The notes beneath the pieces were generated by a model. That model did no database searches. It was not told where the DNA came from and worked only from the letters and a program-made list of their open reading frames with translations. From positions 512,001 to 576,000 of the forward strand of contig CAWKDB010000011.1 of assembly GCA_963848295.1 (NCBI GenBank): a stretch of DNA of 64,000 nt, given 5' to 3'. The translations under genes and the position numbers were made by a program. Origin of the DNA: an uncultured delta proteobacterium. GTDB lineage: Bacteria > Myxococcota_A > Polyangia > Haliangiales > Haliangiaceae. Shown in pieces: positions 9,917 to 21,285 of this stretch. Numbering within the stretch: the first letter of the stretch is position 1; every line of letters begins with the position of its first letter.

Positions 9917-11248
9917 TTAGCGAGTTCGAGCAGCGACGCGGCCGCGGATGCGCGGACCCTTGGGTCCCGCGAAGCCTTCGTAGTTGCGCGTGATGAGGTG
10001 CGATTCGATCTGCTGCACGGTGTCGAGCGCGACACCGACGACGATCAGCAGGCCGGTGCCACCGAACTGGAACGGCACCGACATGTACTTGATCAGCAGC
10101 GCGGGGATCATGCAGATCACCGAGAGATAGACCGCACCGGCGAACGTGATCCGCGACAGCACGCGCTCGATATATTGCGCGGTGTTCTTGCCCGGCCGGA
10201 TGCCCGGGATGAACCCGCCCGACTTCTTGAGGTTGTCGGCGACATCGACCGGGTTGAACACGACCGCGGTGTAGAAGAACGCGAAGAAGATGTTCAGGAT
10301 CGTGAACACCGTGTTGTAGCGCCAGTCCGCCTGGTGAAACACCGACGCGAATTCCTGCAACCACGTCGAGCCCGACATGCCGGCGATCTGCGCCGGGAAC
10401 ATCAGCAGCGACGACGCGAAGATCGGCGGGATCACGCCCGAGACGTTGATCTTGAGCGGCAGATAGCTCTGCGCGCCCGAGTACATCTTTCGCCCGACCT
10501 GTCGTTTCGTGTACTGGACCGGGATGCGCCGGTGGGCGCGTTCGAAGTAGCAGATCGTCGCGATCGTCGCGATCACGAGCAGCAACATGAACAGCACGGT
10601 GAGGCCGCTCGCACCGCCGCCGCCGCTGCCGGATAGGAATCGGGTGAGTCCGTCGGGCATTGCCGCGACGATGCCGGCGAAGATGATCAGCGACGAGCCG
10701 TTGCCGATGCCCTGATCGGTGATCAGCTCGCCGAGCCACATGACGATCGTGCAGCCGGTGGTCAGGGTCAGCACGGTGAGCAGCCGGAAGCCGAGGCCAC
10801 CGCCGCCGACGACGACCTCCGCACCGTTCTTCGATAGGCCCTCGACGTAGCTCGCGATGAACCACGCTTGGACCGCCGAGACCAAGATCGTGCCGTAGCG
10901 GGTGAGCTGGTTGATCCGCTGCCTGCCCTGCTCGCCCTCTTTGTTGAGCTGATCGAGCTTGGGTACGACGACGGTGAGCAGCTGCATCACGATCGACGAC
11001 GTCACGTACGGCATGATGCCGAGCGCGAAGATCGACATCTGCTGCAGCGCGCCGCCCGAGAACATGTTGAACATGCCGAGGAACGAGCCCGAGCCGCCTC
11101 GGACGACCACGTGCTGCATCTCGGCGCGGTTGACGCCCGGGATCGTGATGAACACGCCGACCCGGTAGACCGCCAGCATCGCCAGCGTGAACAGGATCCT
11201 CCGGCGGAGCTCGGGGACCTTACCGATATTTGCGATCGAGCCTGCCAA
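9917..11248 (-). CDS. secY: Preprotein translocase SecY
   Basis: [52 protein letters not shown] start. Confidence 0.99.
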   Translation of the reverse strand: MAGSIANIGKVPELRRRILFTLAMLAVYRVGVFITIPGVNRAEMQHVVVRGGSGSFLGMFNMFSGGALQQMSIFALGIMPYVTSSIVMQLLTVVVPKLDQLNKEGEQGRQRINQLTRYGTILVSAVQAWFIASYVEGLSKNGAEVVVGGGGLGFRLLTVLTLTTGCTIVMWLGELITDQGIGNGSSLIIFAGIVAAMPDGLTRFLSGSGGGGASGLTVLFMLLLVIATIATICYFERAHRRIPVQYTKRQVGRKMYSGAQSYLPLKINVSGVIPPIFASSLLMFPAQIAGMSGSTWLQEFASVFHQADWRYNTVFTILNIFFAFFYTAVVFNPVDVADNLKKSGGFIPGIRPGKNTAQYIERVLSRITFAGAVYLSVICMIPALLIKYMSVPFQFGGTGLLIVVGVALDTVQQIESHLITRNYEGFAGPKGPRIRGRVAARTR

Positions 11249-11256
11249 GTGAGGCC

Positions 11257-11745
11257 CTAGACGCTCGCCGAGGTGGAGGGCGGAATCGTCGACGGGATCA
11301 GCTCGATCTTACCGCCGGCCTTCTCGACCTTGTCCTTCGCGATCGCCGAGATCCGGTGGACCTTGATCGTCAACTTCTTGGTGAGCTCACCCTCGCCGAG
11401 GATCTTGATGCACTCGACCATCTTCGGGACGAGGCCCTTCGCGCGCAGGGTTTCGACGTCGATCGTCGCGCCGGCGGCGAACACCCGGTCGAGCGTCGCG
11501 ACGTTGATCGGGAAGGCCTCGACCCGGAACGGGTTGTTGAAGCCGCGCTTCGGGATCCGCCGCGGCATCGGCATCTGACCGCCCTCGAACGCGAGGCGAG
11601 CGCCGTGATGGCCCGGGCGAGCCTTCTGGCCCTTGACGCCCTTACCCGAGGTCTTGCCGGTGCCCGAACCACGTCCGCGGCCGAGCCGCTTCTTCGGTTT
11701 GGTGGCGCCTTCGTTCGGGTGGAGGTTGTGCAGCGAAATCGTCAT
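11257..11745 (-). CDS. rplO: 50S ribosomal protein uL15
   Basis: [32 protein letters not shown]; start reassigned to ATG at 11745. Confidence 0.97.
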   Translation of the reverse strand: MTISLHNLHPNEGATKPKKRLGRGRGSGTGKTSGKGVKGQKARPGHHGARLAFEGGQMPMPRRIPKRGFNNPFRVEAFPINVATLDRVFAAGATIDVETLRAKGLVPKMVECIKILGEGELTKKLTIKVHRISAIAKDKVEKAGGKIELIPSTIPPSTSASV

Positions 11746-11839
11746 GGGGTGCTCGTAGCTGCGCCAGGAATCTGGCGCGGAATCGGTGAGTTCGCAACTG
11801 AGTAGCGCGTTACCTGGCCACAAAGCCAGGACGGGATCG

Positions 11840-12025
11840 TTAGTCAGCCGGGGCGATGGTGATGAGGTGGGAAACCTTGCGGATCATCCCGCGGATCGCC
11901 GGGGTGTCCTTGAGCGTCTTGGTCGTGTGCGGACCGCGCAGACCGAGGCCCTCGAGGGTCTTGTTCTGGGTGTTCGAGCGACCGACGCCGCTCTTGACCT
12001 GGGTGATCTTGATGTTGATCGCCAT
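11840..12025 (-). CDS. rpmD: 50S ribosomal protein uL30
   Basis: [12 protein letters not shown]...LGLR...[12 protein letters not shown]; spc operon position. Confidence 0.97.
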   Translation of the reverse strand: MAINIKITQVKSGVGRSNTQNKTLEGLGLRGPHTTKTLKDTPAIRGMIRKVSHLITIAPAD

Positions 12026-12028
12026 GAC

Positions 12029-12550
12029 TTACTCCGGGCGCGCGGTCTTGTGGCCGCGGAAGTCCGAGACGTTCTTGCCGCGGGTCTTCGCGACCTGCTC
12101 GATCGAGCGCAGCGCCTTCAACGCCACGACCGTCGCGTGGATCACGTTGTGCTTGTTCGACGTGCCGATCGACTTCGTCAGGATGTCGGTGATGCCGGCG
12201 ACTTCGAGCACCGGGCGAACGCCGCCACCGGCGATCACACCCGTGCCGGGGCTAGCCGGGCGGAGCAGCACTTGCGCCGCGCCGAAGAAGCCCTGGATCT
12301 CGTGCGGGATCGTGCCCTTGACCAGCGGGATCTTGAACAAGTTGCGCTTAGCGCGATCGGTGCCCTTGCGAATCGCCTCGGGCACCTCGTTCGCCTTGCC
12401 CAGGCCGGCGCCGACGTGACCGTGCTGGTCACCGACGACGACGAGCGCCGAGAACGAGAACCGACGGCCGCCTTTGACGACCTTGGCGACGCGGTTGATG
12501 TGGACCACGCGGTCCACCAGCTCGCCAACTTCTTCGGGATTGATCAACAT
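12029..12550 (-). CDS. rpsE: 30S ribosomal protein uS5
   Basis: [33 protein letters not shown]. Confidence 0.99.
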   Translation of the reverse strand: MLINPEEVGELVDRVVHINRVAKVVKGGRRFSFSALVVVGDQHGHVGAGLGKANEVPEAIRKGTDRAKRNLFKIPLVKGTIPHEIQGFFGAAQVLLRPASPGTGVIAGGGVRPVLEVAGITDILTKSIGTSNKHNVIHATVVALKALRSIEQVAKTRGKNVSDFRGHKTARPE

Positions 12551-12564
12551 GATTTCCTATTGCC

Positions 12565-12942
12565 TTAGAACGCGAGGCCCGCGTCGCGAGCGCCGTCGGC
12601 GATCTCTTTGACGCGACCGTGGTAGATGAAGCCGTTGCGGTCGAACACCACGGCGGTGACCTTGAGCGCGAGCAGCTTCTCGCCGATCACCTTGCCGATC
12701 TGACGGGCGCGCTGCTTCTTCGGACCGGTGAGCGCCTTCTTGATCGATGGCTCGGTGTCGCTCGCCGACGCGAGCACGCGGCCGGTCGTATCGTCGATCG
12801 CCTGCGCGTAGACGTACTTCGCCGACCGGAACACGCTGAGCCGCGGACGCTCCGCGGTGCCGCTGATCCGCTTGCGGATGGTCCCCTTGCGCTTGTCGCG
12901 CTTGCGGGTCTTCTCGCTGCCGTACTTGAGGTGTCCAGCCAT
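12565..12942 (-). CDS. rplR: 50S ribosomal protein uL18
   Basis: [23 protein letters not shown]. Confidence 0.99.
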   Translation of the reverse strand: MAGHLKYGSEKTRKRDKRKGTIRKRISGTAERPRLSVFRSAKYVYAQAIDDTTGRVLASASDTEPSIKKALTGPKKQRARQIGKVIGEKLLALKVTAVVFDRNGFIYHGRVKEIADGARDAGLAF

Positions 12943-12944
12943 GA

Positions 12945-13481
12945 CTACTTACCTGCCGTCTTGCCGGCTTTGCGGCGGATCGTTTCTTCGATGTACTTGA
13001 TGCCTTTGCCCTTGTACGGCTCGGGCGGACGAAAGCTACGGATCTTCGCGGTCGCGGCGCCGAGCGCCTGGCGATCGATGCCCGACAAGATCAGCATGTT
13101 CTTGTCGACCTTCGCCGCGATGCCTTCCGGCAGCTGGTACTCGATCGGGTGCGAGTAGCCGAGCGAGAGCACGATCTTCGGGCCCTTGATCTCGGCCTTG
13201 TAGCCGACGCCGTTGATCTCGAGCTGGCGCTCGAAGCCCTTGGTGACGCCGGTGAACATGTTGTTGACCAGCGCGCGCATGAGCCCGTGCGCGGCGCGCT
13301 CGCGACCGTCGTCGCCGCTGCGGCCGAAGACGATCTCGTTCGCCTCTTGCTTGATCTCGATCGCCTTGTGGCGCGCGAGGTTGAGCGTGCCCTTGGGGCC
13401 CTTGACCGAAACGCTGTCCTTGGTGATCGACACCTGGACGCCTTTCGGCACCTCGATGGGTTTGCGTCCGATTCGCGACAT
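12945..13481 (-). CDS. rplF: 50S ribosomal protein uL6
   Basis: MSRIGRKPI from ATG at 13481; RPPEPYKGKGIKY. Confidence 0.98.
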   Translation of the reverse strand: MSRIGRKPIEVPKGVQVSITKDSVSVKGPKGTLNLARHKAIEIKQEANEIVFGRSGDDGRERAAHGLMRALVNNMFTGVTKGFERQLEINGVGYKAEIKGPKIVLSLGYSHPIEYQLPEGIAAKVDKNMLILSGIDRQALGAATAKIRSFRPPEPYKGKGIKYIEETIRRKAGKTAGK

Positions 13482-13483
13482 GA

Positions 13484-13882
13484 CTACCAGACCTCGCAGA
13501 GGACTTCGCCGCCGACGCCCTTGGTCCGGGCATCCTTGTCGGTCATCACGCCGAGCGACGTCGAGATGATCGCGATGCCGAGGCCGTTGCGCACGCGCGG
13601 CACTTGCTTGGCCGGGACGTAGTGACGCTGGCCCGGGCGCGACACGCGGCGCATGCCGGTGATCGCGTTCGAGTTGCGGCCGTCGTAGCGCAGCTCGACC
13701 TTGAGCAGACCTTGCTTCTCGTCCTCGGAGGACGACACGGTCTGAACGAAGCCTTCGTCGCGCAGGATCTCGGCGATACGGAGCTTGAGGTTCGAGCGCG
13801 GGCACTCGAGCAACTGCTTGCGAGCGCGGATCGCGTTGCGAATCCGGGCAAGGAAATCAGCGATGGGATCGGTCATCGACAT
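13484..13882 (-). CDS. rpsH: 30S ribosomal protein uS8
   Basis: [17 protein letters not shown]...RVSRPGQR...GGEVLCEVW. Confidence 0.98.
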   Translation of the reverse strand: MSMTDPIADFLARIRNAIRARKQLLECPRSNLKLRIAEILRDEGFVQTVSSSEDEKQGLLKVELRYDGRNSNAITGMRRVSRPGQRHYVPAKQVPRVRNGLGIAIISTSLGVMTDKDARTKGVGGEVLCEVW

Positions 13883-13892
13883 CGGTTTTCTC

Positions 13893-14072
13893 CTACCAGC
13901 TCGACTTGATGACGCCGGGGATGTCGCCGCGGAGCGCGAGCTCGCGGAAGCACAGCCGGCACATTTCGAATTTGCGCAGATACGCGCGCGACCGACCACA
14001 GCGCTTGCAGCGGCTCTTGATCCGAACCTTGAACTTTTGCTTCTTGGGAAGCCTGTCGATTAGCTTGCTCAT
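13893..14072 (-). CDS. rpsN: 30S ribosomal protein uS14, short Zn-binding type Z
   Basis: Manual translation [59 protein letters not shown] (59 aa). Confidence 0.97.
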   Translation of the reverse strand: MSKLIDRLPKKQKFKVRIKSRCKRCGRSRAYLRKFEMCRLCFRELALRGDIPGVIKSSW

Positions 14073-14079
14073 AGGGGTC

Positions 14080-14832
14080 CTACGCGGTCGCGCCGGGGAT
14101 GGCCGGGGCTGGCTGCCGGAACGGCATGCCGAGGTGAACGAGCAGCGCGCGGCCTTCGGCGTCGCTCTGTGCGGTCGTCACGATGCTGATGTTCATGCCC
14201 TTGATCGAATCGATCTTGTCGTACTCGATCTCGGGGAAGATGATTTGCTCGCGCACGCCCATGGTGAAGTTGCCGCGGCCGTCGAAGCCACGCGGCGACA
14301 CGCCGCGGAAATCGCGAACGCGCGGTAGCGCGATGTTGAGCAGGCGATCGAGGAACTCCCACATCCGCTCGCGGCGCAGCGTGACCATCACGCCGATCTT
14401 CTGGCCCTTGCGGAGCTTGAACACCGCGATGTCCTTCTTCGCCTTCGACACGACCGGGGACTGGCCGCAGATGAGCTTGAGCTCCTCGATGCCGTTGTCG
14501 ATCATCTTGGGCTCTTCCTTGGCTTTGCCGAGGCCCATGTTGACCGACACCTTGAGGACGCGCGGCACCTGCATGATCGTGGAGTAGCCGAACTCCTTCA
14601 TCATCGCGGCGCGGATCGTCTCGTCGTACCTCTTCTTGAGACGAGGCGGAGTCTCGCGCTTGTACTTCGGCGCCGGGCCCGTGGGCTCTCCGCCCTTCTT
14701 CTTGTTCGCCGCGAGTCCGCCACCGGCCGCGGCCTTCGCGCGAGCCTTCTCGGCGCGCTCGGCCTTCTTCGCGGCCGCGGCGGCGTCGTGAGCCGCCTTG
14801 TCTTCGTCGGGTTTGTTTTCGTCGTTCGCCAT
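14080..14832 (-). CDS. rplE: 50S ribosomal protein uL5 with long N-terminal extension
   Basis: [27 protein letters not shown]; about 60 extra Ala/Lys-rich N-terminal residues. Confidence 0.97.
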   Translation of the reverse strand: MANDENKPDEDKAAHDAAAAAKKAERAEKARAKAAAGGGLAANKKKGGEPTGPAPKYKRETPPRLKKRYDETIRAAMMKEFGYSTIMQVPRVLKVSVNMGLGKAKEEPKMIDNGIEELKLICGQSPVVSKAKKDIAVFKLRKGQKIGVMVTLRRERMWEFLDRLLNIALPRVRDFRGVSPRGFDGRGNFTMGVREQIIFPEIEYDKIDSIKGMNISIVTTAQSDAEGRALLVHLGMPFRQPAPAIPGATA

Positions 14833-14835
14833 GAC

Positions 14836-15153
14836 TTACATCCCAGCCGTCGGAAACTTCGTTCCGGTCTTCGAGCCGACGCGAATTTTGGTGTCGCCTT
14901 CGGTCGTGATCTTGGTGCGGGTGCCGCGCGCGAGCTTCTCGTCGAACAACAGCACGTTCGAGATATGAATCGTGCCTTCCTTGTCGACGATGCCGCCCTG
15001 CGGGTTCTTCTGCGACGGCTTCGCATGCTTCTTGATCATCGCGACCTTCTCGATCGCGACGCGATTGCCGTCGATGCGTAGCACCTTGCCGCGCTTGCCT
15101 TTGTAGGATCCTGCGATGACGACGACGAGGTCGCCTTTACGAACGTGCGGCAT
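14836..15153 (-). CDS. rplX: 50S ribosomal protein uL24
   Basis: [24 protein letters not shown] (KOW), [15 protein letters not shown]; appears fused to uL14 in the ORF track only because of the rplN frameshift. Confidence 0.96.
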   Translation of the reverse strand: MPHVRKGDLVVVIAGSYKGKRGKVLRIDGNRVAIEKVAMIKKHAKPSQKNPQGGIVDKEGTIHISNVLLFDEKLARGTRTKITTEGDTKIRVGSKTGTKFPTAGM

Positions 15154-15522
15154 TACAGGACCTCCGGCGCCAGGCTGATGATCTTCATGAAGCGCTTGGC
15201 GCGCAGCTCGCGAGCGACCGGCCCGAAGATCCGGGTCCCGATCGGCTCGTTCTCCTTCGTTGATCAGCACGGCGGAGTTGCCGTCGAACTTGATGTAGCT
15301 GCCATCGGGGCGCGCGAGCTCGCGCTTGGTCCGCACGATCACCGCGCGCGCGACCTCGCCCTTCTTGACCTTCGCGCCGGGAATCGCCTCGCGGATCGAG
15401 ACGATCACGACGTCGCCGATCGACGCGTAGCGCCGGCGCGAACCGCCGAGCACCTTGATGCAGAACACTTTCTTGGCGCCGCTGTTGTCAGCGATGTCCA
15501 AGACCGAGGTCATCTGGATCAC
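15153..15522 (-). CDS. rplN: 50S ribosomal protein uL14 (one +1 indel near 15258)
   Basis: [17 protein letters not shown]...; removing one base restores [23 protein letters not shown]...APEVL; span 370 = 369+1 nt. Confidence 0.95.
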
Positions 15523-15821
15523 GACGCGACCTCCGCGAGCCCGGCGTCGACCCCGCGGCTGATCAGCCGCAGCACGCGCCAGCGCTTCGTGCGCGACATC
15601 GGCCGCGACTCGACGAGCTCGACGAGGTCACCGACCTTGTACGTGTTCGTCTCGTCGTGCGCTTTGTACTTCACGCGGCGGGTGAGGAACTTGTGGAACC
15701 GGCGATCACGGACGCGACGGATCACGGTGACGACGACGGTCTTGTCCATCTTGTTGGACGTCACCGTGCCCTGGACGTTGCGGCGCGAGCCGCGGTGGTC
15801 TGACGTGGTCTCTTCGCTCAT
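15519..15821 (-). CDS. rpsQ: 30S ribosomal protein uS17
   Basis: [32 protein letters not shown]. Confidence 0.98.
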   Translation of the reverse strand: MSEETTSDHRGSRRNVQGTVTSNKMDKTVVVTVIRRVRDRRFHKFLTRRVKYKAHDETNTYKVGDLVELVESRPMSRTKRWRVLRLISRGVDAGLAEVAS

Positions 15822-16141
15822 GACTTCGCCTTCGCTTTGCTCGTCTTGGGAGCCGACTTCTTCGCGGCCTTGGCCTTCGGCGCGGCCGCCGCACCCTCGG
15901 TCTTGACCGACTTCAGTTTTTGGCCCTGGGTCTCGTGGCCGAGCTCGCGGCCGCGCAACACCGTCATGATCCGGGCGATGTCGCGGCGCTTGGTCTGCAT
16001 CCCGGCGGACGACGTCACCTGGTTCGTGTACTGGCCGAGCTGGAGCCGGAACAGCTCGTCGCGGTTGCGCGCGAGCGCCTGGCGCAGCTCCTCGTCCGGG
16101 AGATCGCGAAATTGCGTGAGGGTCGTGGCTAGCTTGCTCAT
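15818..16141 (-). CDS. rpmC: 50S ribosomal protein uL29 with Lys/Ala-rich C-tail
   Basis: [26 protein letters not shown]; located between rplP and rpsQ. Confidence 0.93.
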   Translation of the reverse strand: MSKLATTLTQFRDLPDEELRQALARNRDELFRLQLGQYTNQVTSSAGMQTKRRDIARIMTVLRGRELGHETQGQKLKSVKTEGAAAAPKAKAAKKSAPKTSKAKAKS

Positions 16142-16555
16142 AGCGCGGGCTCCCGCGAGATCAGGTGGGTCTTGATCGGCAGCTTGTGGTGCGCGCGATG
16201 GAACGCTTCCTTCGCGATCTCGAGCGAGCAACCCTCGACCTCGAAGATCACGCGACCCGGCCGCACGACCGCGACGTAGCCCTCGACGCCGCCTTTGCCG
16301 GTACCCATGCGGGTCTCGGCCGGCTTCTTCGTGAACGGATGGTCGGGGAACACGCGGACGTAGATCTTGCCGAGCCGCTTGACCGAGCGAGAGATCGCGA
16401 CGCGAGCGGCCTCGATCTGGCGAGCGGTGATCCAGCCGGGCGACGTCACCTGCAGCCCGTAATCGCCGAACGACACGACGTTGCCGCCTTTCGCGCGGCC
16501 CTTCGTGTTGCCCTTATGGGATCTTGCGGAACTTGGTGCGTTTTGGGGAGAGCAT
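16138..16555 (-). CDS. rplP: 50S ribosomal protein uL16 (one +1 indel near 16519)
   Basis: [12 protein letters not shown](+1)HKG...[22 protein letters not shown]; span 418 = 417+1 nt. Confidence 0.95.
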
Positions 16556-16581
16556 CGACATACGAAAACATCCTTAGGAAA

Positions 16582-17251
16582 CTAGGTGCGAGGCGGAACC
16601 GGACGAGCGGTGGCGTCCTTGCGGGCGGGGAGCACCTCGCCGTGGAACACCCACGCCTTGACGCCGATCGACCCGTAGGTCGTGTGCGCCTCGGTGAAGC
16701 CGTACTCGATGTCCGCACGCAGCGTGTGCAGCGGAACGCGGCCCTCTTTGTACCATTCGCGACGGCACATCTCGGCGCCGCCGAGCCGACCGGCCGACGC
16801 GACCTTGATGCCCTTCGCGCCGAACTTCATCGCGGTCTGGGTCGCCTTCTTCATCGCGCGGCGGAACGCGATCCGACGCTCGAGCTGCGTCGCGATGTTC
16901 TCGGCGACGAGCTGCGCGTTGGTCTCGGCCTTGCGGACCTCGATGATGTTGAGGAACACCTCGTTCTCGGTCAGCGCCTGGACTTCCTTCTTCAGCGTCT
17001 CGACGCCCGCGCCGCGCTTGCCGATCACGATGCCGGGACGCGCGGTGTGGATGTTGATCTTCGCCTTGTTCGCGGCGCGCTCGATCTCGATGTAGCTGAC
17101 GCCAGCGTGGTGCAGCTTCTTCTTGATGAAGCCGCTTGAGCTTCAGGTCCTCGTGCAGCCACTTGGCGTAGTTCTTCTCTTCGTACCAACGAGACGACCA
17201 CGTCTTGATGATGCCGAGACGGAAACCAGTCGGATGTGTTTTCTGACCCAT
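16582..17251 (-). CDS. rpsC: 30S ribosomal protein uS3 (one +1 indel near 17133)
   Basis: [13 protein letters not shown] in one frame and IGKRG...[12 protein letters not shown] in the next; span 670 = 669+1 nt. Confidence 0.95.
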
Positions 17252-17254
17252 GAG

Positions 17255-17597
17255 CTAGTCCTCGTCCGTGACAACAACCGTGAGGTGAGACGACCGATGA
17301 TTGATGCGGTTCGCGCGGCCCATCGACCGCGGCATCCAGCGCTTGTCGATCGTGCCGCCGTCGACCGCGATCGTGTGCAGGCGCAGCGTCCTCGACCGAC
17401 GCGTCGCCGCCCGACTTGTCCTCGGCGTTCGCCGCGGCGCTCTTGATCGCCTTCGCGATGATGCCCGCGGCCCGCTTCGGCATGAGCTCGAGCAGGCCGA
17501 CCGCCTCTTCGACCTTCTTGCCGCGAACCAGGTTCGCGACGACGCGCATCTTGCGCGGCGACATCGTGATGCCCTTGACGTGTGCGCGAGCCTGCAT
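17255..17597 (-). CDS. rplV: 50S ribosomal protein uL22 (one +1 indel near 17387)
   Basis: [14 protein letters not shown]...SAAANAE; corrected C-terminus VDGG...[25 protein letters not shown]. Confidence 0.95.
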
Positions 17598-17599
17598 GA

Positions 17600-17878
17600 C
17601 TAGGCCTTCTTCCGTTCGCCGGTGTGACCGTGGAACGTGCGGGTGTGCGAGAACTCGCCGAGCTTGTGACCGACCATCTGCTCGGTGATGTGCACCGGGA
17701 TGAACTTGCGGCCGTTGTGAACCGCGAACGTCACGCCGACCATGTCGGGGATGACGGTCGAGCGGCGCGAATACGTCGTCACGACGCGCTTGCTCGGGTT
17801 CGGTTCCTTCGCGGCGATCGCGAGCTTCTTCGTCAGGTACTTGTCGACGAACGGACCTTTTTTTACTGAACGAGGCAT
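17600..17878 (-). CDS. rpsS: 30S ribosomal protein uS19
   Basis: [29 protein letters not shown]. Confidence 0.98.
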   Translation of the reverse strand: MPRSVKKGPFVDKYLTKKLAIAAKEPNPSKRVVTTYSRRSTVIPDMVGVTFAVHNGRKFIPVHITEQMVGHKLGEFSHTRTFHGHTGERKKA

Positions 17879-17897
17879 GGCTATTCTATTCCCTGGC

Positions 17898-18720
17898 TCA
17901 CTTGCGCCGGCGGATGATGAACTGCTCGGTCCGCTTGTTGTGACGGGTCTTCTTGCCCTTGGTCTTGACGCCCCAAGGGGTGCACGGGTGACGACCACCG
18001 GAGCTGCGGCCTTCGCCGCCGCCCATCGGGTGATCGACGGGGTTCATCGACACGCCGCGCTGGTGCGGACGAATGCCGAGCCAGCGCCGGCGACCGGCCT
18101 TGCCCCACTGGATGTTGCCGTGCTCGGAGTTGCCGATCGATCCGACCGTCGCCTTGCAGTCGATGTGGACGCGGCGCATCTCGCCCGAGGGCATGCGCAG
18201 CGTGGCCCAATCGCCTTCTTTGGCCATCAGCGTGACCTTCGTGCCAGCCGAGCGCCCGATCTGCGCGCCGCGTCCGATCTTGAGCTCGACGCAGTGGATG
18301 TCGGTGCCGACCGGGATGTAGCGCAACGGCAGCGCGTTGCCGGGCTTGATGTCGGCGGTGTTCGCCGACACCACCTGCTCGCCGACCGCGAGCTTCTGAC
18401 GGCGCGAGGATGTACGCCTTCTCGCCGTCGGCGTACTGGATCAGCGCGAGCCGAGCCGAGCGGTTCGGGTCGTACTCGATGCCGACGACGGTCGCCGGCA
18501 CGCCGGTCTTCATCCGCTTGAAGTCGACGCGGCGATAGCGCTTCTTGTGCCCGCCCGAGCGAAACCGCGACGTGATCCGGCCGTGGTTGTTGCGGCCGGC
18601 CGACGCGGTCTTGTGCTCGAGCAGCGACTTCTCGGGCTCACCCTTGGTGATCTCGCCGAAGTCCTGCGTGGACATGCCGCGCCGGCCGGGAGATGTTGGC
18701 TTGTAGATCCGGATCGCCAT
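17898..18720 (-). CDS. rplB: 50S ribosomal protein uL2 (one +1 indel near 18399)
   Basis: [18 protein letters not shown] in one frame; [13 protein letters not shown] in the next; span 823 = 822+1 nt. Confidence 0.96.
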
Positions 18721-18723
18721 GGC

Positions 18724-19054
18724 TTAGACGCCCTCGAAGAATTCGATGTTGTCGCCGGGCTTGAGCGTGACGAACGCCTTCTTCCACGACGGGCGGCGGC
18801 CGGCGAACCGACCGATCCGCTTCTCTTTGCCGCGCACGATCAGCGTGCGGACATCGGTCACGGTCACCTTGAACAGCGGTCTGGACCGCGCGGCGAATCT
18901 CGATCTTGTTCGAATCGCGCGCGACCTCGAACACGACCTTCTGCGCGTAGTCCTCGCCCTCGACGTGCGAGCTCGCCGCACCACCGGTCTCGCGGAGGCG
19001 CGCCGTCTTCTCGGTCAGCAGCGGACGCTTGATGACGGATTGAGCGCTACGCAT
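18724..19054 (-). CDS. rplW: 50S ribosomal protein uL23 (one +1 indel near 18878)
   Basis: IKRPLLTEK...NKIEIRRAV then LFKVTV...WKKAFVTL; span 331 = 330+1 nt. Confidence 0.94.
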
Positions 19055-19690
19055 CGATCGTCTCCGGCTTTTCCTGCAGCGCGGCCTCGACCTGCTTGGC
19101 CGCGGCCTGGGTGAGCACGAGCGTCTCGTGGCGAAGGATGTCGTAGACGTTGAGACCTTCGGGCGCGATCCACTGCGAGCGCGCGAGGTTGCGCGCGCCG
19201 CGGACGAGCTTGTCGTTGGTCTTCGCGTCGACGATCAGCGCCTTCGGCGCCCGTGCCGAGCGTCGCGAGCGAGGCCGGCGACGTTCTTGGTCTTGCCATC
19301 GGTCGCGAAGCCATCGAGCACGATGATCTTGTTCTCGGCCGCGCGCAGCGACAGCGCCGAGCGCAGCGCCGCCTTCTTGGTCTGGCGCGGCATCGCGTAG
19401 TCGTAGCTGCGCGGCCTGGGGCCCTTCGCGGAGCCACCGCCGACCCAGTGCGGAGCCTGCTTGGAGCCCTGGCGCGCTTGGCCCGTGCCCTTTTGCTTCC
19501 ACACCTTCTTGGACGATCCGCGGACCTCGCCGAGACGCTTGGTCGACGCCGTACCGGCGCGGCGCTTGGCGAGTTGCCACTTCACGACTTCCCACAGCAG
19601 GTGCTCGTGGACCTCGACTCCGAACACGGCGTCGTCGAGGTCGATCGACCCGACGGCCTTGCCGGAGATATTTTTGACTTCGATCTTCAT
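19047..19690 (-). CDS. rplD: 50S ribosomal protein uL4 (two +1 indels near 19250-19278)
   Basis: [10 protein letters not shown]...[16 protein letters not shown]...GPRPRSY; C-terminus [10 protein letters not shown] in another frame; span 644 = 642+2 nt. Confidence 0.94.
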
Positions 19691-19698
19691 GGTTCGGC

Positions 19699-20007
<309 letters not shown>

Positions 20008-20019
20008 GAGAGTCCTTCG

Positions 20020-21273
<1,254 letters not shown>

Positions 21274-21285
21274 GGTATCGGCTCC

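Noticed and set aside
14836..15522. Apparent uL14-uL24 fusion
   Set aside because: Created by the single extra base near 15258; removing it restores the rplN stop overlapping the rplX start.
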